Below are positions 35,351 to 47,402 of a stretch of DNA of 64,000 bases, in pieces. Every line of letters starts with the position of its first letter. Position 1 is the stretch's first letter. A model generated the notes under the pieces. It saw only the letters and a program-made list of their open reading frames with translations. It searched no databases and was not told the DNA's origin. This DNA comes from Leucoraja erinacea (lineage: Eukaryota), in contig NC_073382.1 of NCBI RefSeq assembly GCF_028641065.1, forward strand, positions 63,736,001-63,800,000, read 5' to 3'. A program made the translations under genes and the position numbers.

Positions 35351-35554
35351 GGTGTTGATATGGTGTTGTCGCCTTGGTTGACTTGGCTGATCCAGGACAT
35401 TCTGTATCTCCATCCTTTCAATGTTCTCCATTGTGGTTGAACAGAAATTCTGATATAACTCAGCGGGCCAGCACTTTGTGTTTTCAGGACTTAGTATTCT
35501 ACACAAGATTCCAGCATACGTCTGGACTTTGTGGGAGGGGAGGGGGTGGGGGGA

Positions 35555-35950
35555 GTTGGAGGGAGTATTTCAATTGATGGAGGGCAAGCTCCATCATTAT
35601 TACACAGGAGCTAGGGAGAGTAAATTGGCAGCAGCTATTATTGGGTAAGTCCTCACCTGATAGGTGAGAGTTGTTTAAAGACCGACTGATCCAGGTTGAT
35701 AAATGGCATGTTGCAGTAAGGAGGACGGACAAGAATGGCAAGGGAAGTGAACTGTAGATTTGAGAGGCTGTAAGTTTAGTCAAAAGGAAGACAAATAAAG
35801 CACACATAATATTTAGGATGATTAAAACCAGACTTGGCCTTTGGGGAATGTAAAGAAAGACGGAAATTACTTAAGCTGGGAATTAAAAGTGCCAGAAAAG
35901 GCTATGAAAGTTGGATGAACGAGAATCACATGGCATTTTACATGAAGGGT
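35555..35950 (+). mobile_element. Decayed internal CR1 ORF2 fragment
   Basis: AATTGATGGAGGGCAAG, GTAAATTGGCAGCAGCT and the RKLLKLGIKSARKGYE...AFY linker-like remnant. Confidence 0.55.
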
Positions 35951-36064
35951 AATATGCAAAGCGAAATCAAGATTAAGAAGGAAGTGGTGTGTGGACTCTT
36001 GAACCATTACCAACTGGGAGATCTAGCAGGCATTGGTGGACTGAGTATAAGTGTTCACAAAACA

Positions 36065-37175
36065 GTCCTTTCTGTCCTGGGCAACCATTTTAACATTCCT
36101 TCCCATTCCCATGCTGACCTTTGCCTGAATGAGGACGCATACAAACTGGAGGAGCAACATCTCAAGTTCTGCTTGAATAGCTTACAACCTAATTGAATGA
36201 ACATTGAATTCTCCAATTTTAGGTAACTTACCTACAATCAACATCAAAGGTTTCAAAGGTCTTTTATTGTCACGTGTACCAATTAAGGTACAGTGATATG
36301 CAAATTACCATAGAGTCATACTAAAGAAAAAGCAACAAGACACCCAACTACATGAAAGTTATTCCCCACATTCCTCTTCCTCTTTATTCTCCTGCGGTCG
36401 GGGCAGTCGAACCATTGAAGCTCCCGCAGCCGGCGGTGGAAGCACCCGCATCAAGGCGGTTGAAACCCCCTCGTCGGGGTGATCGCAGTTCCTGCTTCGG
36501 GGTGGTCAAAGTTCCCACCATGAGCTCCACGATGTTAAAGTCCACAGGCTCCCGCAGTTGGAGCTCCCAAATCGATCTCCAGCAATAGGCCGCCACCTAC
36601 TCGATGTTAGTGCCAACAGTGAAACAATACAGAAAAAAAATTGTATCTCCGTCGAGGTAAGAGATTTAGAAAAGTTTCCCCCCCAGCCCACACAAAACAA
36701 GCTGAACAACACTAAAAACATACATTTAACACATAATATTAAAACAACAAAGAAGTAAGGGACAGGCAGACAGACTGAAGTAAGGGAAAGGCACCCATTG
36801 CTGGTGCCACCCCATCCTTCCTCTCCTCTGACATTTTTATCCCCCCCTCTTTTCCCTGTGCCCCACCTGGATTCAAACGTCAGTTTATTGTCACATGTAT
36901 CAATTCAAACCCATTTCTCCCCTTCCACCTCTCGCTGTCCCCTTCCACCTATATTTGTTGCTTTCGCTTCACATCTTTTCTATCCTATCTTTTTGCCTTT
37001 TCACGCCTGGTTTTTGTCCAACCATCTACCAATCATAATCCTCCCCCCAACTCACCTGTATTAACCTAACACATGCCAGCTTTGGCCTGGCCCTGGTTCT
37101 CTTCAAGCTCTCTCTCCTACTCTCCCCAATTGGTCTGAAGAAGGATCCCAATCGAAAAAGTCACCCCTCCATGTT
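36065..37175 (+). mobile_element. Decayed PLE 3' end split by the element at 36245-36777
   Basis: NHFNIPSHSHADL...KLEEQHLKFCLNSLQPN (GIY-YIG C-terminus), then a pyrimidine-rich UTR and CTGAAGAAGG at 37135. Confidence 0.75.
36245..36777 (-). mobile_element. GC-rich non-autonomous retroelement (copy E)
   Basis: Minus strand CAGTCTGTCTG head, GGAGATACAA, GGACTTTAACATCG core, 3' hairpin TGTACC-TTAATT-GGTACA, GTGACAATAAA and CCTTTGAAACCTTTG tail. Confidence 0.72.
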
Positions 37176-37214
37176 CCTAAATTCCAGAAGTTAGTGTCAT
37201 GCTTAAACATGGGA

Positions 37215-38358
37215 AACTTAAACCACGCGGTATTGAGGGTTCAGTATTGATGTGGATTGAGAACTGGCTGGCAGACAGGAAGCAAAGGGTATGGAGTAAA
37301 CGGGTCCTTTTCACAATGTCAGGCAGTGACTAGTGGGGTACCGCAAGGCTCAGTGCTGGGACCCCAGCTATTTACAATATATATTAATGATTTGGACGAG
37401 GGAATTGAATGCAACGTCTTGAAGTTTGCGGATTACACGAAACTGGGGGGTAGTGTTAGCTGTGAGGAGGATGCTAGGAGGCTGCAAGGTGACTTGGATA
37501 GGCTGGGTGAGTGGGCAAATGCATGGCAGATGCAGTATAATGTGGATAAATGTAAGGTTATCCACTTAGGTGGGAAAAACAGGAAAGTAGACTATTATAT
37601 GAATGGTGGCCGATTAGGAAAAGGGGAGATGCAACGAGACCTGGGTGTCATGGTATACCAGTCATTGAAAGTAGGCATGCAGGTGCAGCAGGCAGTGAAG
37701 AAAGCGAATGGTATGTTGGCATTCATAGCTAAAGGATTTGAGTATAGGAGCAGGGGGGTTCTAATGCAGTTGTACAGGGTCTTGGTAAGACCACACCTGG
37801 AGTTTTGCGTACAGTTTTGGTCTCCTAATCTGAGGAAAGACATTCTTGCCATAGAGGGAGTACAGAGAAGGTTCACCAGACTGATTCCTGGGATGTTAAG
37901 ACTTTCATATGAAGAAAGACTGGATAGACTCGGCTTGTACTCGCTAGAATTTAGAACATTGAGGGGGGATCTTATAGAAACGTACAAAATTCTTAAGGGG
38001 TTGGACAGGCTAGATGCAGAAAGATTGTTCCCGATGTTGGGGAAGTCCAGAACAAGGGGTCACAGTTTAAGGATAAGGGGGAAATCTTTTAGGACCGAGA
38101 TGAGAAAAACATTTTTCACACAGAGAGTAGTGAATCTCTGGAATTCTCTGCCACAGAAGGTAGTTGAGGCCAGTTCATTGGCTATATTTAAGAGGGAGTT
38201 AGATGTGGCCCTTGTGGCTAAAGGTATCAGGGGGTATGGAGAGAAGGCAGGTGCAGGAGGATACTGAGTTGGATGATCAGCCATGATCATATTGAATGGC
38301 GGTGCAGGCTCGAAGGGCCGAATGGCCTACTCCTGCACCTATTTTCTATGTTTCTATG
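37215..38358 (+). mobile_element. 5'-truncated young CR1 LINE
   Basis: ORF 37257-38267 [16 protein letters not shown]...RRFTRLIPGM...GYGEKAG, tail TTTCTATGTTTCTATG. Confidence 0.96.
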
Positions 38359-38530
38359 CTAATTAAAGAAATATGTTGTGAGTTGATGGGAGAAGATTGA
38401 ATCTAATTCAGAGAACCAGACCAGGTTAGTCATAAACAGCTAAAGAAAATTGAAACCATGGAGTACAATAAAGGATTTGGATGATGATATTTAGTTGAAG
38501 GGGTAGAGAGCTGGTGTGAATGTGGTAGGA

Positions 38531-39145
38531 TAGAGGTGACAAATGAACAGATTAATTGCAGGAAATGCTACTATATAAATTTATGAACAGACATGAAGGT
38601 GCAGTAAAAGAGCCCTTTCAGCTGCAACAACCTGCCGCCCTCTCGAATAATGAAAAGAGGGGATAGAAAGATGACGCCATCGATAAACGTGAAAAGTGGC
38701 CGAGGGCAGACTGAAGAAGGCTCTTGACCCGAAACGTTACCCATTCCTTCCCTCCAGGGATGCTGCCTGTCCCGCTGAGTTACTCCAGCATTTTGTATCC
38801 TTATATTTATGTATCCCCAATGACGTTTACCACAGACCTCGGCCAGTTTTCATAAGTTTATTGATGGCGTCATCTTTCTATCGCCTCTTTTCATTACTTG
38901 AGAGGGCGGCAGTGTTGCAGCTGATAGAGCTCCTTTACTGCACCAATACCTTCATGTCTGTCAATAAATTTATACAGTAGCGTTTCCTGCAATGGGTCTG
39001 TTCATTTGTCACCTCTAGACTGAAGAAGGGTCTCGACCCGAAACGTCACCCATTCCTTCTCTCCAGAGATGCCGCCTGTCCTGCTGAGTTACTCCAGAAT
39101 TTTGTGTCTACCTTTGATTTAACCAGCATATGCAGTTCTTTCCTA
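38531..39145. mobile_element. About 175-bp inverted duplication, each arm followed by a + strand PLE hammerhead module
   Basis: Arm 1 (38531-38705) is the imperfect reverse complement of arm 2 (38837-39017). CTGAAGA...GAAACGT modules begin at 38711 and 39020. Confidence 0.85.
39020..39047 (+). ncRNA. Minimal type I hammerhead ribozyme motif (PLE-associated, very short stem III)
   Basis: CUGAAGA-A-GGGUC/UC/GACCC-GAAAC-GUC: core CUGANGA, stem II, GAAA, palindromic ACGU and a GUC cleavage triplet. Stem I is weak in this copy. Confidence 0.6.
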
Positions 39146-39652
39146 AATATAAGGATAGTTGGAAAGCTATGTTTATGATGCATTCATGGAAAGATAATCA
39201 CTCGTTAAGTAAAGTTTTGAAAGTTTTCAGAATTGAAGGAAAAGAAGCTTGTAAGGATATTTCCCTCATTTCATAATATTGGTATCCACTCCTATAGTGG
39301 ATCACAACTGTACTGATAAAACAGGAGATGATAATATAAGGAGTGTCTGATATGATTTTTCATTCATATTCCTTGTGAGTGATTAGCACATTTTTTGGCA
39401 TTCACACGGTTAACCAGTAGATTCAGAAAATGGCAGAAGGCTAATCCATTTTGACTCTCTTGAGTTTTATAATAAACCCCATTGAATCCCCCACTGAGTG
39501 GATGGAACCACTGAGGAAACCCAAAATAATTATTTTCATCCTACCCTGTATTAATGTAAAATATTAATACGATGTAATTGTTAGGGTTAGTTGTTATCCT
39601 TAAAACATGTATGTTTATACCTGCCACTATTCATAAATTAACAACTCTAAAG

Positions 39653-39822
39653 GATTCAAACAGTTGATGTCAATGATCGGAAATCAGTGATTCAGACAAT
39701 CAAAGAAGAAGATGAAATGGAAAATGAGGAAAACCCTTGTGAACCTCATAGAACTGAAATAAGCAAAGAAAATGAACAAACTGAAAAAATGAAGGAAAAA
39801 GAGAAAGGTAGAGAAACAACAG
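39653..39822 (+). CDS. CCDC81: CCDC81 exon 6
   Basis: (R)IQTVDVNDRKSVIQTIKEEDEMENEENP...KEKGRETT. Phase 2 in and phase 1 out fit the neighbouring exons. Donor CAG|GTATGC, with an alternative same-phase donor after 39807. Pyrimidine-poor acceptor. Confidence 0.82.
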
Positions 39823-40011
39823 GTATGCAAAAGGAAAATGTTCTTGACAAATGTATTTTCTTTATAGAAAAAAATGTAAGAAAGTATGGCTCACCTTTAT
39901 GTTTGATTTATTGCCAAATATCGGATGGGGTGTGTGTGCATGTGTGTGTGTGTGTATATGTTACAAAAAGGAAGTTCAAAACATCCCATATCCCTGGATT
40001 AGCTTCAGTTT

Positions 40012-41850
40012 ACAAAAGTGCTGGAGAAACTCAGCGGGTGCAGCAGCATCTATGGAGCGAAGGAAATAGGCAACATTTCGGGCCGAAACCCTTCTTCAGA
40101 CTGATGTAGGGTGGGGGAGGGGGGGGGGCGGGGAGAAGAAAGGAGAAAGGAAGAGCCCAAGGGCTGAGGGAGAGCTGAGAAGGGGAGGAGACAGCAAAGG
40201 CTACCGGAAATTGGAGAAGTCAATGTTTATGCCGCTAGGGTGCAAACTGTCCAAGCGGAATATGAGGTGCTGCTCCTCCAATTTCCGGTGGTGCTCACTC
40301 TGGCCATGGAGGAGGCCCAGGACAGAAAGGTCAGATTCGGAATGGGAGGGGGAATTGAAGTGCTGAGCTACCGGGAGATCAGGTTGGTAAATGCGGACCG
40401 AGCGAAGGTGCTCGGCGAAACGTTCGGCAAGCCTACGCTTGGTCTCACCAATGTAGATCAGCTGACATCTAGAGCAGTGGATGCAATAGATGAGGTTGGA
40501 GGAGATGCAGGTGAACCTTTGTCGCACCTGGAACGACTGCTTGGGTCCTTGAATGGAGTCGAGGGGGGAGGTAAAGCGACAAGTGTTGCATCTCTTGAGG
40601 TTGCAAGGGAAAGTGCCCGGGGAGGGGATGGTGCGGGAGGGAAGGGAAGAATTGACCAGGGAGTTACGGAAGGAGCGATCTTTGCGGAAAGAAGATAGGG
40701 GGGGGAGATGGGAAGATGTGGCGAGTCGTGGGGTCAAGTTGGAGGTGGCGAAAATGACGGAGGACTGTTTGTTGTATGTGACGGCTGGTGGGGTGAAAGG
40801 TGAGGACTAGGGGGACTCTGCCCTTGTTACGAGTGGGGGGGATGGGGAGCGAGCAGTGTGACGGGGTATTGAAGAGACCCTGGTGAGAGCCTCATCTATA
40901 GTGAGGAAGGGGAACCCCCGTTCCCTGAAGAATGAGGACATTTCTGATGCCCTGGTGTGGAACACCTCATCCTGGGCACAGATGCAGCGTAGACGGAGGA
41001 ATTGGGAGTAGGGGATGGAGTCCTTGCAGGAAGCAGGGGTGGAAGAAGTGTAGTCTAGATAGCCATGGGAGTCAGTGGGTTTATAGTGGATGTCGGTCAG
41101 AAGCCTATCACCTGCGATGGAGATAGTGAGGTCAAGAAATGGTAGGGAAGTGTCGGAAATGGTCCAGGTGTATTTGAGTGCCGGATGGAAGTTAGTGGTG
41201 AAGCGGATGAAGTCAGTCAGTTGTGTGTGGGTGCAGGAGGTGGCACCAAAGCAATCGTCGATTTAGCGGAGATAGAGGTCGGGGATGGGGCCCTGGTACG
41301 CCTCGAACAAGGATTGCTCGACGTACCCTACAAAGAGGCAGGCATAGCTGGGGCACATGTGCGTGCCCATAGCTAATATTTGGAGGAAATAGGAGGAGTC
41401 AAACAAGAAGTTATTGAGGGTAAGGACCAACTCCGCTAGGCGGAGGAGAGTATCAGTGGATGGGTATTGGTTGGCTCTACGATCGAGGAAGAACCGGAGA
41501 GCTTTGAGACCATTCTGGTGGGGGATGGAGGTGTAGAGTGACTGGACGTCCATGGTGAAGATGAGGGGATGGGGGCCTATAGAATGGAATACCCGGAGAC
41601 GATGGAGAGTGTCTGAGGTGTCTTGAATATAACTAGGGAGGGTTTAACCAGGGGGGATAGATTGGAGTAAAGTTATGTGGAAGGGCACGAACAAGCAGAG
41701 ATAATGGTTCTACCAGGACAGTCAGGTTTGTGGATTTTGAGAAGAAGGTAAAATTGGGCCGTGCGGGGCTGTGGAACAATGAGGTTGGAGGCTAGGGGAT
41801 GGGGGGGGGGGGGGGGGGGGGGGCAGGGAGCTGGAGTGGATGAAGTCAGT
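40012..41850 (-). mobile_element. Penelope-like retroelement (Neptune-type): RT and GIY-YIG endonuclease pseudogene with 3' pLTR
   Basis: MDVQSLYTSIPH, LVLTLNNFLF, AMGT..PSYACLF, YLR*IDD (YIDD Tyr replaced by a stop), Cys linker PCNLKRCNTC, NLIYCIHCSRCQLIYIGETKR. Hammerhead-like core at 40070-40099. Confidence 0.95.
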
Positions 41851-43479
41851 TTCTCTGAAAGTACTTTAAGTCACTCTTCTCAAATGTGCTTTGATTTACT
41901 TATCTCATCCTTAGACTATTTGTGTCTAGTTAATATCTAATTTAATTGCTAAATTTTGTAAGTATTATATCAAGTGGCATTTATGTTGCATCAGGGTGGC
42001 CTGAGACACAAGATCTTGACTCAAATTCTTATGGTACTGGGATGGCAGGTCGAAGAGCATTTGTAAAGGGTGATATTGAAATAGGAGGGTAGAGTAGATG
42101 AAGGGATGAACCTGCCCACTTTGACAGGAACAAATTCAACTAATTTTCATGTTTTATGAACGTTCTTGCTGGCAGCTCCATTGTTGATTTGAAGTAACTG
42201 AACCTAGTCACTTGTATGTAGCTGGAATTACTCTTTCTCTTTCTTTCTCTATACTAAGATATCCATAAGTATTTGTGGTTGTATTCTGTCTAAACGAAAC
42301 GGGTCCTATCTTTTTATGTACATGATACACATATAGGTAGAGGACCAATGTATCTGTAGAAATGCTACTGCGACTGAAAGCTGTATCGGCATTATCATTA
42401 GCAAAGGAAACAACCAGGAATCGTACTCCATAACTAATGATAAATAGCTTTGACAAAACTGATATCTAGAGGACAAGACATTCTTTTGCACAACTGCACA
42501 TGAGAACAATAAATTGTAATTGGAAAATTAACTTAGTGTAGAACAAGGTTCCTGTGGTGCCTTGGATCTTGTGAGGAAAATTCAACCTGACTTTTTGGCA
42601 GACCTTTGTTTGTGTTAGCAGATTTTTCACTCACATAGATGAAGTCAATTGTGGTGCAATGTAAAACATCCAGTTTATCTCAATCCCATTCATCTGGAAA
42701 GCATTTGTTTTCATTTTTTCACAGAACAACCAAATTTTATTGACCATAATTTTCCAGTAACCAAGCCTTTTAAAGGGCCAACACGCAAACACCACTCTTG
42801 GTCTTTATTAAGACCTGTGACCTCATGCAACCTTAAATACAACTTAACATCCATATCTTTATTGCCTTGAGGAATTATAGTGATTCTCTGCTTCCAAACC
42901 TTAGGATCATTTCAGCTACTGCTGTTGATCTCTGCCATGCCTCTTAGTTTGCTGCTCAGATTGTCTTGGAAAGATCATCCCAAACACCACATTCTGAAAG
43001 AAAGAAGATTGCATCTACTTTCTCTTTAGTCCACAGGAGCTAGTGATGGGCAAAGCATTTGCTGAGATTGTAGGCAATCTCCGAAGTACAGACAATCATA
43101 AACTTAATCTATATCCATTCAGATATTCCCTGGTAATCTCTTGCAAGGAGAGAGGAACAATTAATATTTTAGGTCCTGGATACTTCATTAAAACTGAGAA
43201 ATAGTAAAAACAAATTATCTTTGGGGAGCAGAGAAGTTGAGGAGAGAGGGTTAACACAAAGGAAATATATCTGATAGGGGAAAACCATCGCTCTATTTTT
43301 GATTTCAAGTAACTAAAGCCAGTCACTGGATGTAGCTGTATTTACTCTTTTTCTTTCTCTTAATGTTATATAGGAATTAAATTCAGATTTGCAACACATT
43401 AACAAACAAAGATGCTTTATGGTAGGGTCATGTTCCATGCCAGCTGGCCATACTATACACAAAAAGACTGAAGACTGGG

Positions 43480-44035
43480 TTGAAATGATGACAGTCAGAA
43501 ATTGTCATATCTGATACAAACCGAAGGAAAGATAGTGTGAGTTGCCTAAAGTTAAAAATTGGTAATGCTTTCTGAAGGCTGCAGTGTACTCAGATGAAAG
43601 ATGAGATATTGTTCCTCAAGTTTATGTTGGGACTTGTTTTAACGTCACAAGAGCCATAAACAGAAAGGTCAGAATGGGAGTGGACTAGTGAATTATTGTG
43701 GGAGGAAACCAAGATCATAGTCAATCCCACAATCGGCCATCCCCTGTCATAGAGCAGCCGTATGATGAACACCGAGTGCACTAGATTGGAAGAAGGATTA
43801 AGTGAATCAACTCAAAACTTTTTGGATCCCTCAATGGTGAGAAGGGAAAAGGTGAGACTACAGATGTTGCATCTCCTGAAGTTGCGTAGGAAAATACTGT
43901 AAAGTACATCTTGAGGAGTCCTGGATCGAAACATTACCATTTCCCCCCCCACAGATGCTGTCTGGCCTGGTGAATGTTTCCAGCATTTGCTGTTTTTATT
44001 TCAGATTTCCAATGTCAGCAGTTTTTTGATTTTCA
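43480..44035 (-). mobile_element. Old PLE endonuclease fragment plus an oppositely oriented pLTR (about 43920-44035)
   Basis: TTCCTCAAGTTT, AGAAAGGTCAGAATGGGAGTGG and CAGATGTTGCATCTCCTG resemble 40260-40610, followed by GATGCTGTCTGGCCTGGTGAATGTTTCCAGCA. Confidence 0.6.
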
Positions 44036-44554
44036 TTCTCTTGCAAGGAAAGCTTGACTGTAGCTCTGGTGGGTCCCTTTAGACCAATTACACAAAAATA
44101 TAAGGACAGTGTTCTTCAAGTATGTTCAGGTCTGAGGTGTTTGGAGAGAGCAAAATATTTGAATTGAAGAATGAATGGTCAGCAAAAGCATCCTGGCAGA
44201 ACATCATCATTCAATGCTATAGATGTTCTACATTCTGCATAAGAGCTACCCAGTTCTTGTTTTCCATGCTGGGAACTTTGATTTGTATCATACCTGGGGT
44301 TAAGCAGAAAAGTTTGAAATGTATAATCCTACACAAAGTGTCTTCCCTTATGCCATTCTATTTTAATTATCTCAGGTTGAAACGATCATATATATTTTTC
44401 AGAATAAAGCAAATTGCTGTAAGAACTCAGCAGGGAAGGCAGCATCTGTGGAGACAGAGAATAGTCATATTTCTCTGCCTCCATTACACATTTTTCCACT
44501 CATCGTATACATTCACATTCATTCAAATCATTGCTGACAAGAAGGATGAGCGGG

Positions 44555-44766
44555 CATCCTCTGACTCAGAAGGCAGTGGAGGCCAATTCTCTGGATGCTT
44601 TCAAGAGAAAGTTAGATAGAGCTCTTAAAGATAGCAAAGTCAAGGGATATGGGGAGAAGTCAGGAACGGGGTACTGATTGTGGATGGTCAGCCGTGATCA
44701 CAGCGAATGGCGGTGCTAACTCGAAGGGTCAAAGTGCCTACTCCTGCACCTATTGCCTATTGTCTA
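44555..44766 (+). mobile_element. CR1 3' end fragment
   Basis: AGAAGGCAGTGGAGGCC...GGGATATGGGGAGAAG, tail CCTATTGCCTATTGTCTA. Confidence 0.88.
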
Positions 44767-44835
44767 GAAAGTTCCCACTTCACCAAACTTTCAATTTAGA
44801 ATTCTCATCCGTGTGTTCAAATCTTTTCTTAATTT

Positions 44836-45140
44836 TAGTTTAGAGATACAGTGCAGAAACAGGCCCTTCGGCCTATCGAGTCTGCACCGACTAGCAATTC
44901 CTGCACATTAACACTATCCTACACACACTAGGGACAATTTGCACTTATGTCAAGCCAATTAACCTACAAACCTGTACATCTTTGTAATATGGGAGGAAAC
45001 AGAAGATTTTGGAGATAACCCACGCGGTTACGGGGAGAACATGGAAACTCCGTACAGACAGCACCTGTAGTCGGCATCGAACCCGGAGCGCTGCAAGTGC
45101 TGTAAGGCAGCAACTCTATCGCTGCGCCACCACGCTGCCC
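44836..45140 (-). mobile_element. HE1-like V-SINE
   Basis: Minus strand GGGCAGCGTGGTGGCGCAG head, CCGGGTTCGATGCC B-box, V-domain-like centre and GGCCGAAGGGCCTGTTTC tail. Confidence 0.88.
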
Positions 45141-45854
45141 TTGCCAATGTTGCCAATCTCTAACTCCTAAGCTTCTCCAATCTCACACCCACAACTTTGC
45201 GCTGAAACCTTCACTCTTCTAACTGATATTTTCTGTATCAGGCCTTCCCTTCTTCCCACCACTAATAGTTGGGTCTTTAGTAATCAAAACACAGGTTTCT
45301 CAAATTTCCTCATGAATCTTCCCACTTCACTTTAATATTCCCCCTTCAGTTTTTTGACAAAGCCAAATCCTTTAAAATAATGTTGTCTTTTGTTCACCAT
45401 TTGCCCCATAATGATCTCACCTTTGCAACATTTGCCTCTTCTTGTGCTTGGCTGAGTTCACCCTCAGCCACCTTGTATATCAAAAAATGAATGAGGTCAG
45501 TGTGTTTAAAAATTATGGGACCAATTTAAGTTGCCTAGTGAGAGTAGGATACGAGTAGTCCAATTTGAAATTGCATTGCCATTTTCTTCAATAAAATAAG
45601 AAAAACGACCCAGGCAGTTACTTTTAATATGCAAATAAGGGTTATACTCTGATTGTAAGACTGCTGTGCAATTGTGACATAGCAATGGGTGGAGCATGAC
45701 TTGGCAATGGTTATCTTATTGATATTCATTATTGAACTCAATAATGTGCAGTTAAAGACATTGTTGCTCCATAAACAGGTAAGTTTATAATTATTTTTGT
45801 AGGGCCAAGTGAAGGATTATAATTCCTCTGGCTGTCAATAAACATACAACTTTT

Positions 45855-46468
45855 TAGACAATAGACAATAGGTGCTGGAGTAGGCCATTTGGCCCTTCGA
45901 GCCAGCACCGCCATTTAATGTGATCATGGCTGATCATCCCCAATCAGTACCCCGTTCCTGCCTTCTCCCCATATCCCCTGACTCTGCTATTTTTAAGAGT
46001 CCAATCTAGCTCTCTCTTGAAAGCATCCAGAGAACCTGCCTCCACCGCCCTCTGAGGCAAAGAATTCCACAGACTCACAACTCTCCGTGAGAAAAAGTGT
46101 TTCCTCATCTCCGTTCTAAATGGCTTACTCCTTATTCTTAAACTGTGGCCCCTGGCTCTGGACTCCCCCAACATCGGGAACATGTTTCCAGCGTCCAGCA
46201 TGTCCAAACCCTTAACAATCCTATATGTTTCAATGAGATCCCCTCTCATCCTTCTAAACTCCAGAGTGTAAAAGCCCAGCCACTCCATTCTCTCAGCATA
46301 TGACAGTCCCGCCATCCCGGGAATTAACCTTGTAAACCTATGCTGCACTCCCTCAATAGCAAGAATGTCCTTCCTCAAATTAGGGGACCAAAACTGCACA
46401 CAATACTCCATGCGTGGTCTCACTAGGGCTCTGTACAACTGCAGAAGGACCTCTTTGCTCCTATATTC
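45855..46468 (-). mobile_element. 5'-truncated CR1 LINE
   Basis: EYRSKEVLLQLYRALVRPRMEYCVQFWSP...GYGEKAGTGY*, tail TAGACAATAGACAATAGG. Confidence 0.95.
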
Positions 46469-46733
46469 TATTTTAGTGTGTGAAGTGCTCATTGACTTCA
46501 GAAACACTTACTCCAATATGTAGGTGCTTTAACCTATAACAATGAAAAACCTTGTGATCCGCAAATAGTATTCATGGGAGCATTCCATGAATCTACTGTG
46601 ATTTGAGCACTTCAATGTCACTCCACCTTTCACACTGTACTCCATCTAATCTCCACTCTAAGCCTTCCCTCTCCATCTGTTAATTACCATCGGTCTTGGC
46701 TTCAGTCCACTACCAAAGAAATAAAGCATTGAT

Positions 46734-46761
46734 CTGAAGAAGGGTTTTGGCCCGAAACGTT
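46734..46761 (+). ncRNA. Minimal hammerhead-like motif in a short PLE fragment, about 180 nt upstream of CCDC81 exon 7
   Basis: CUGAAGA-A-GGGUU/UU/GGCCC-GAAAC-GUU. Confidence 0.5.
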
Positions 46762-46941
46762 GCCTATTTCCTTCCTTGATATTAATCATGCTCAAATAGG
46801 TGAGCATTCTATGGACGTGTCCTGTTTCCAGCACTTCTCAATTAATATTAATAGGATTTGAAGTGCCTTTTTGGGGCATGTCTTCCTGCCTGAGGGGACC
46901 ACATTACAGACTTTCTATCCCAATAATCCTTTCTTTTACAG

Positions 46942-47059
46942 AAATGCCTCTTGTCAAGCACCCTACTGTTAGACAACCTCTGACTCCTGCTAAAGCCTCT
47001 TCTGTAGGTCTGATGGACGATTTTCAAAGAACTGTTGAACCAAAAGATTTATTGGAAAG
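46942..47059 (+). CDS. CCDC81: CCDC81 exon 7
   Basis: (E)MPLVKHPTVRQPLTPAKASSVGLMDDFQRTVEPKDLLE(R), similar to human RQALFPAKVTNVSLLEKFER as recalled. TTTACAG acceptor, AG|GTAATA donor. Confidence 0.9.
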
Positions 47060-47402
47060 GTAATATCTAATTTTGTGGCACCACATTTATATCTTGTTTC
47101 TTTCATTAATATTTTGTGTATTTGCAAATCATACGTTTAAATTGGGTGAATTTTCAATTTTGACATGAAAAAGTAACCCACTGTTTTTGCAATGAAGCTA
47201 TCTAATTGAAAAACCATTGTGCTGTAAATACAATTGAATTTTGCTGCTAACTTGAATCCAAAAGTTGCTGCTTTCATCAATGTGCACCCTGAAGAGGCCT
47301 CCAATGAGGTTTTCATCAAGTCCAAAGGTATTTCTATTTGTTCTATACTGTTTGATTTTCAAAAAGGAGATTGAATTAGTGCATTGGCATTTTCTTTCAA
47401 CA

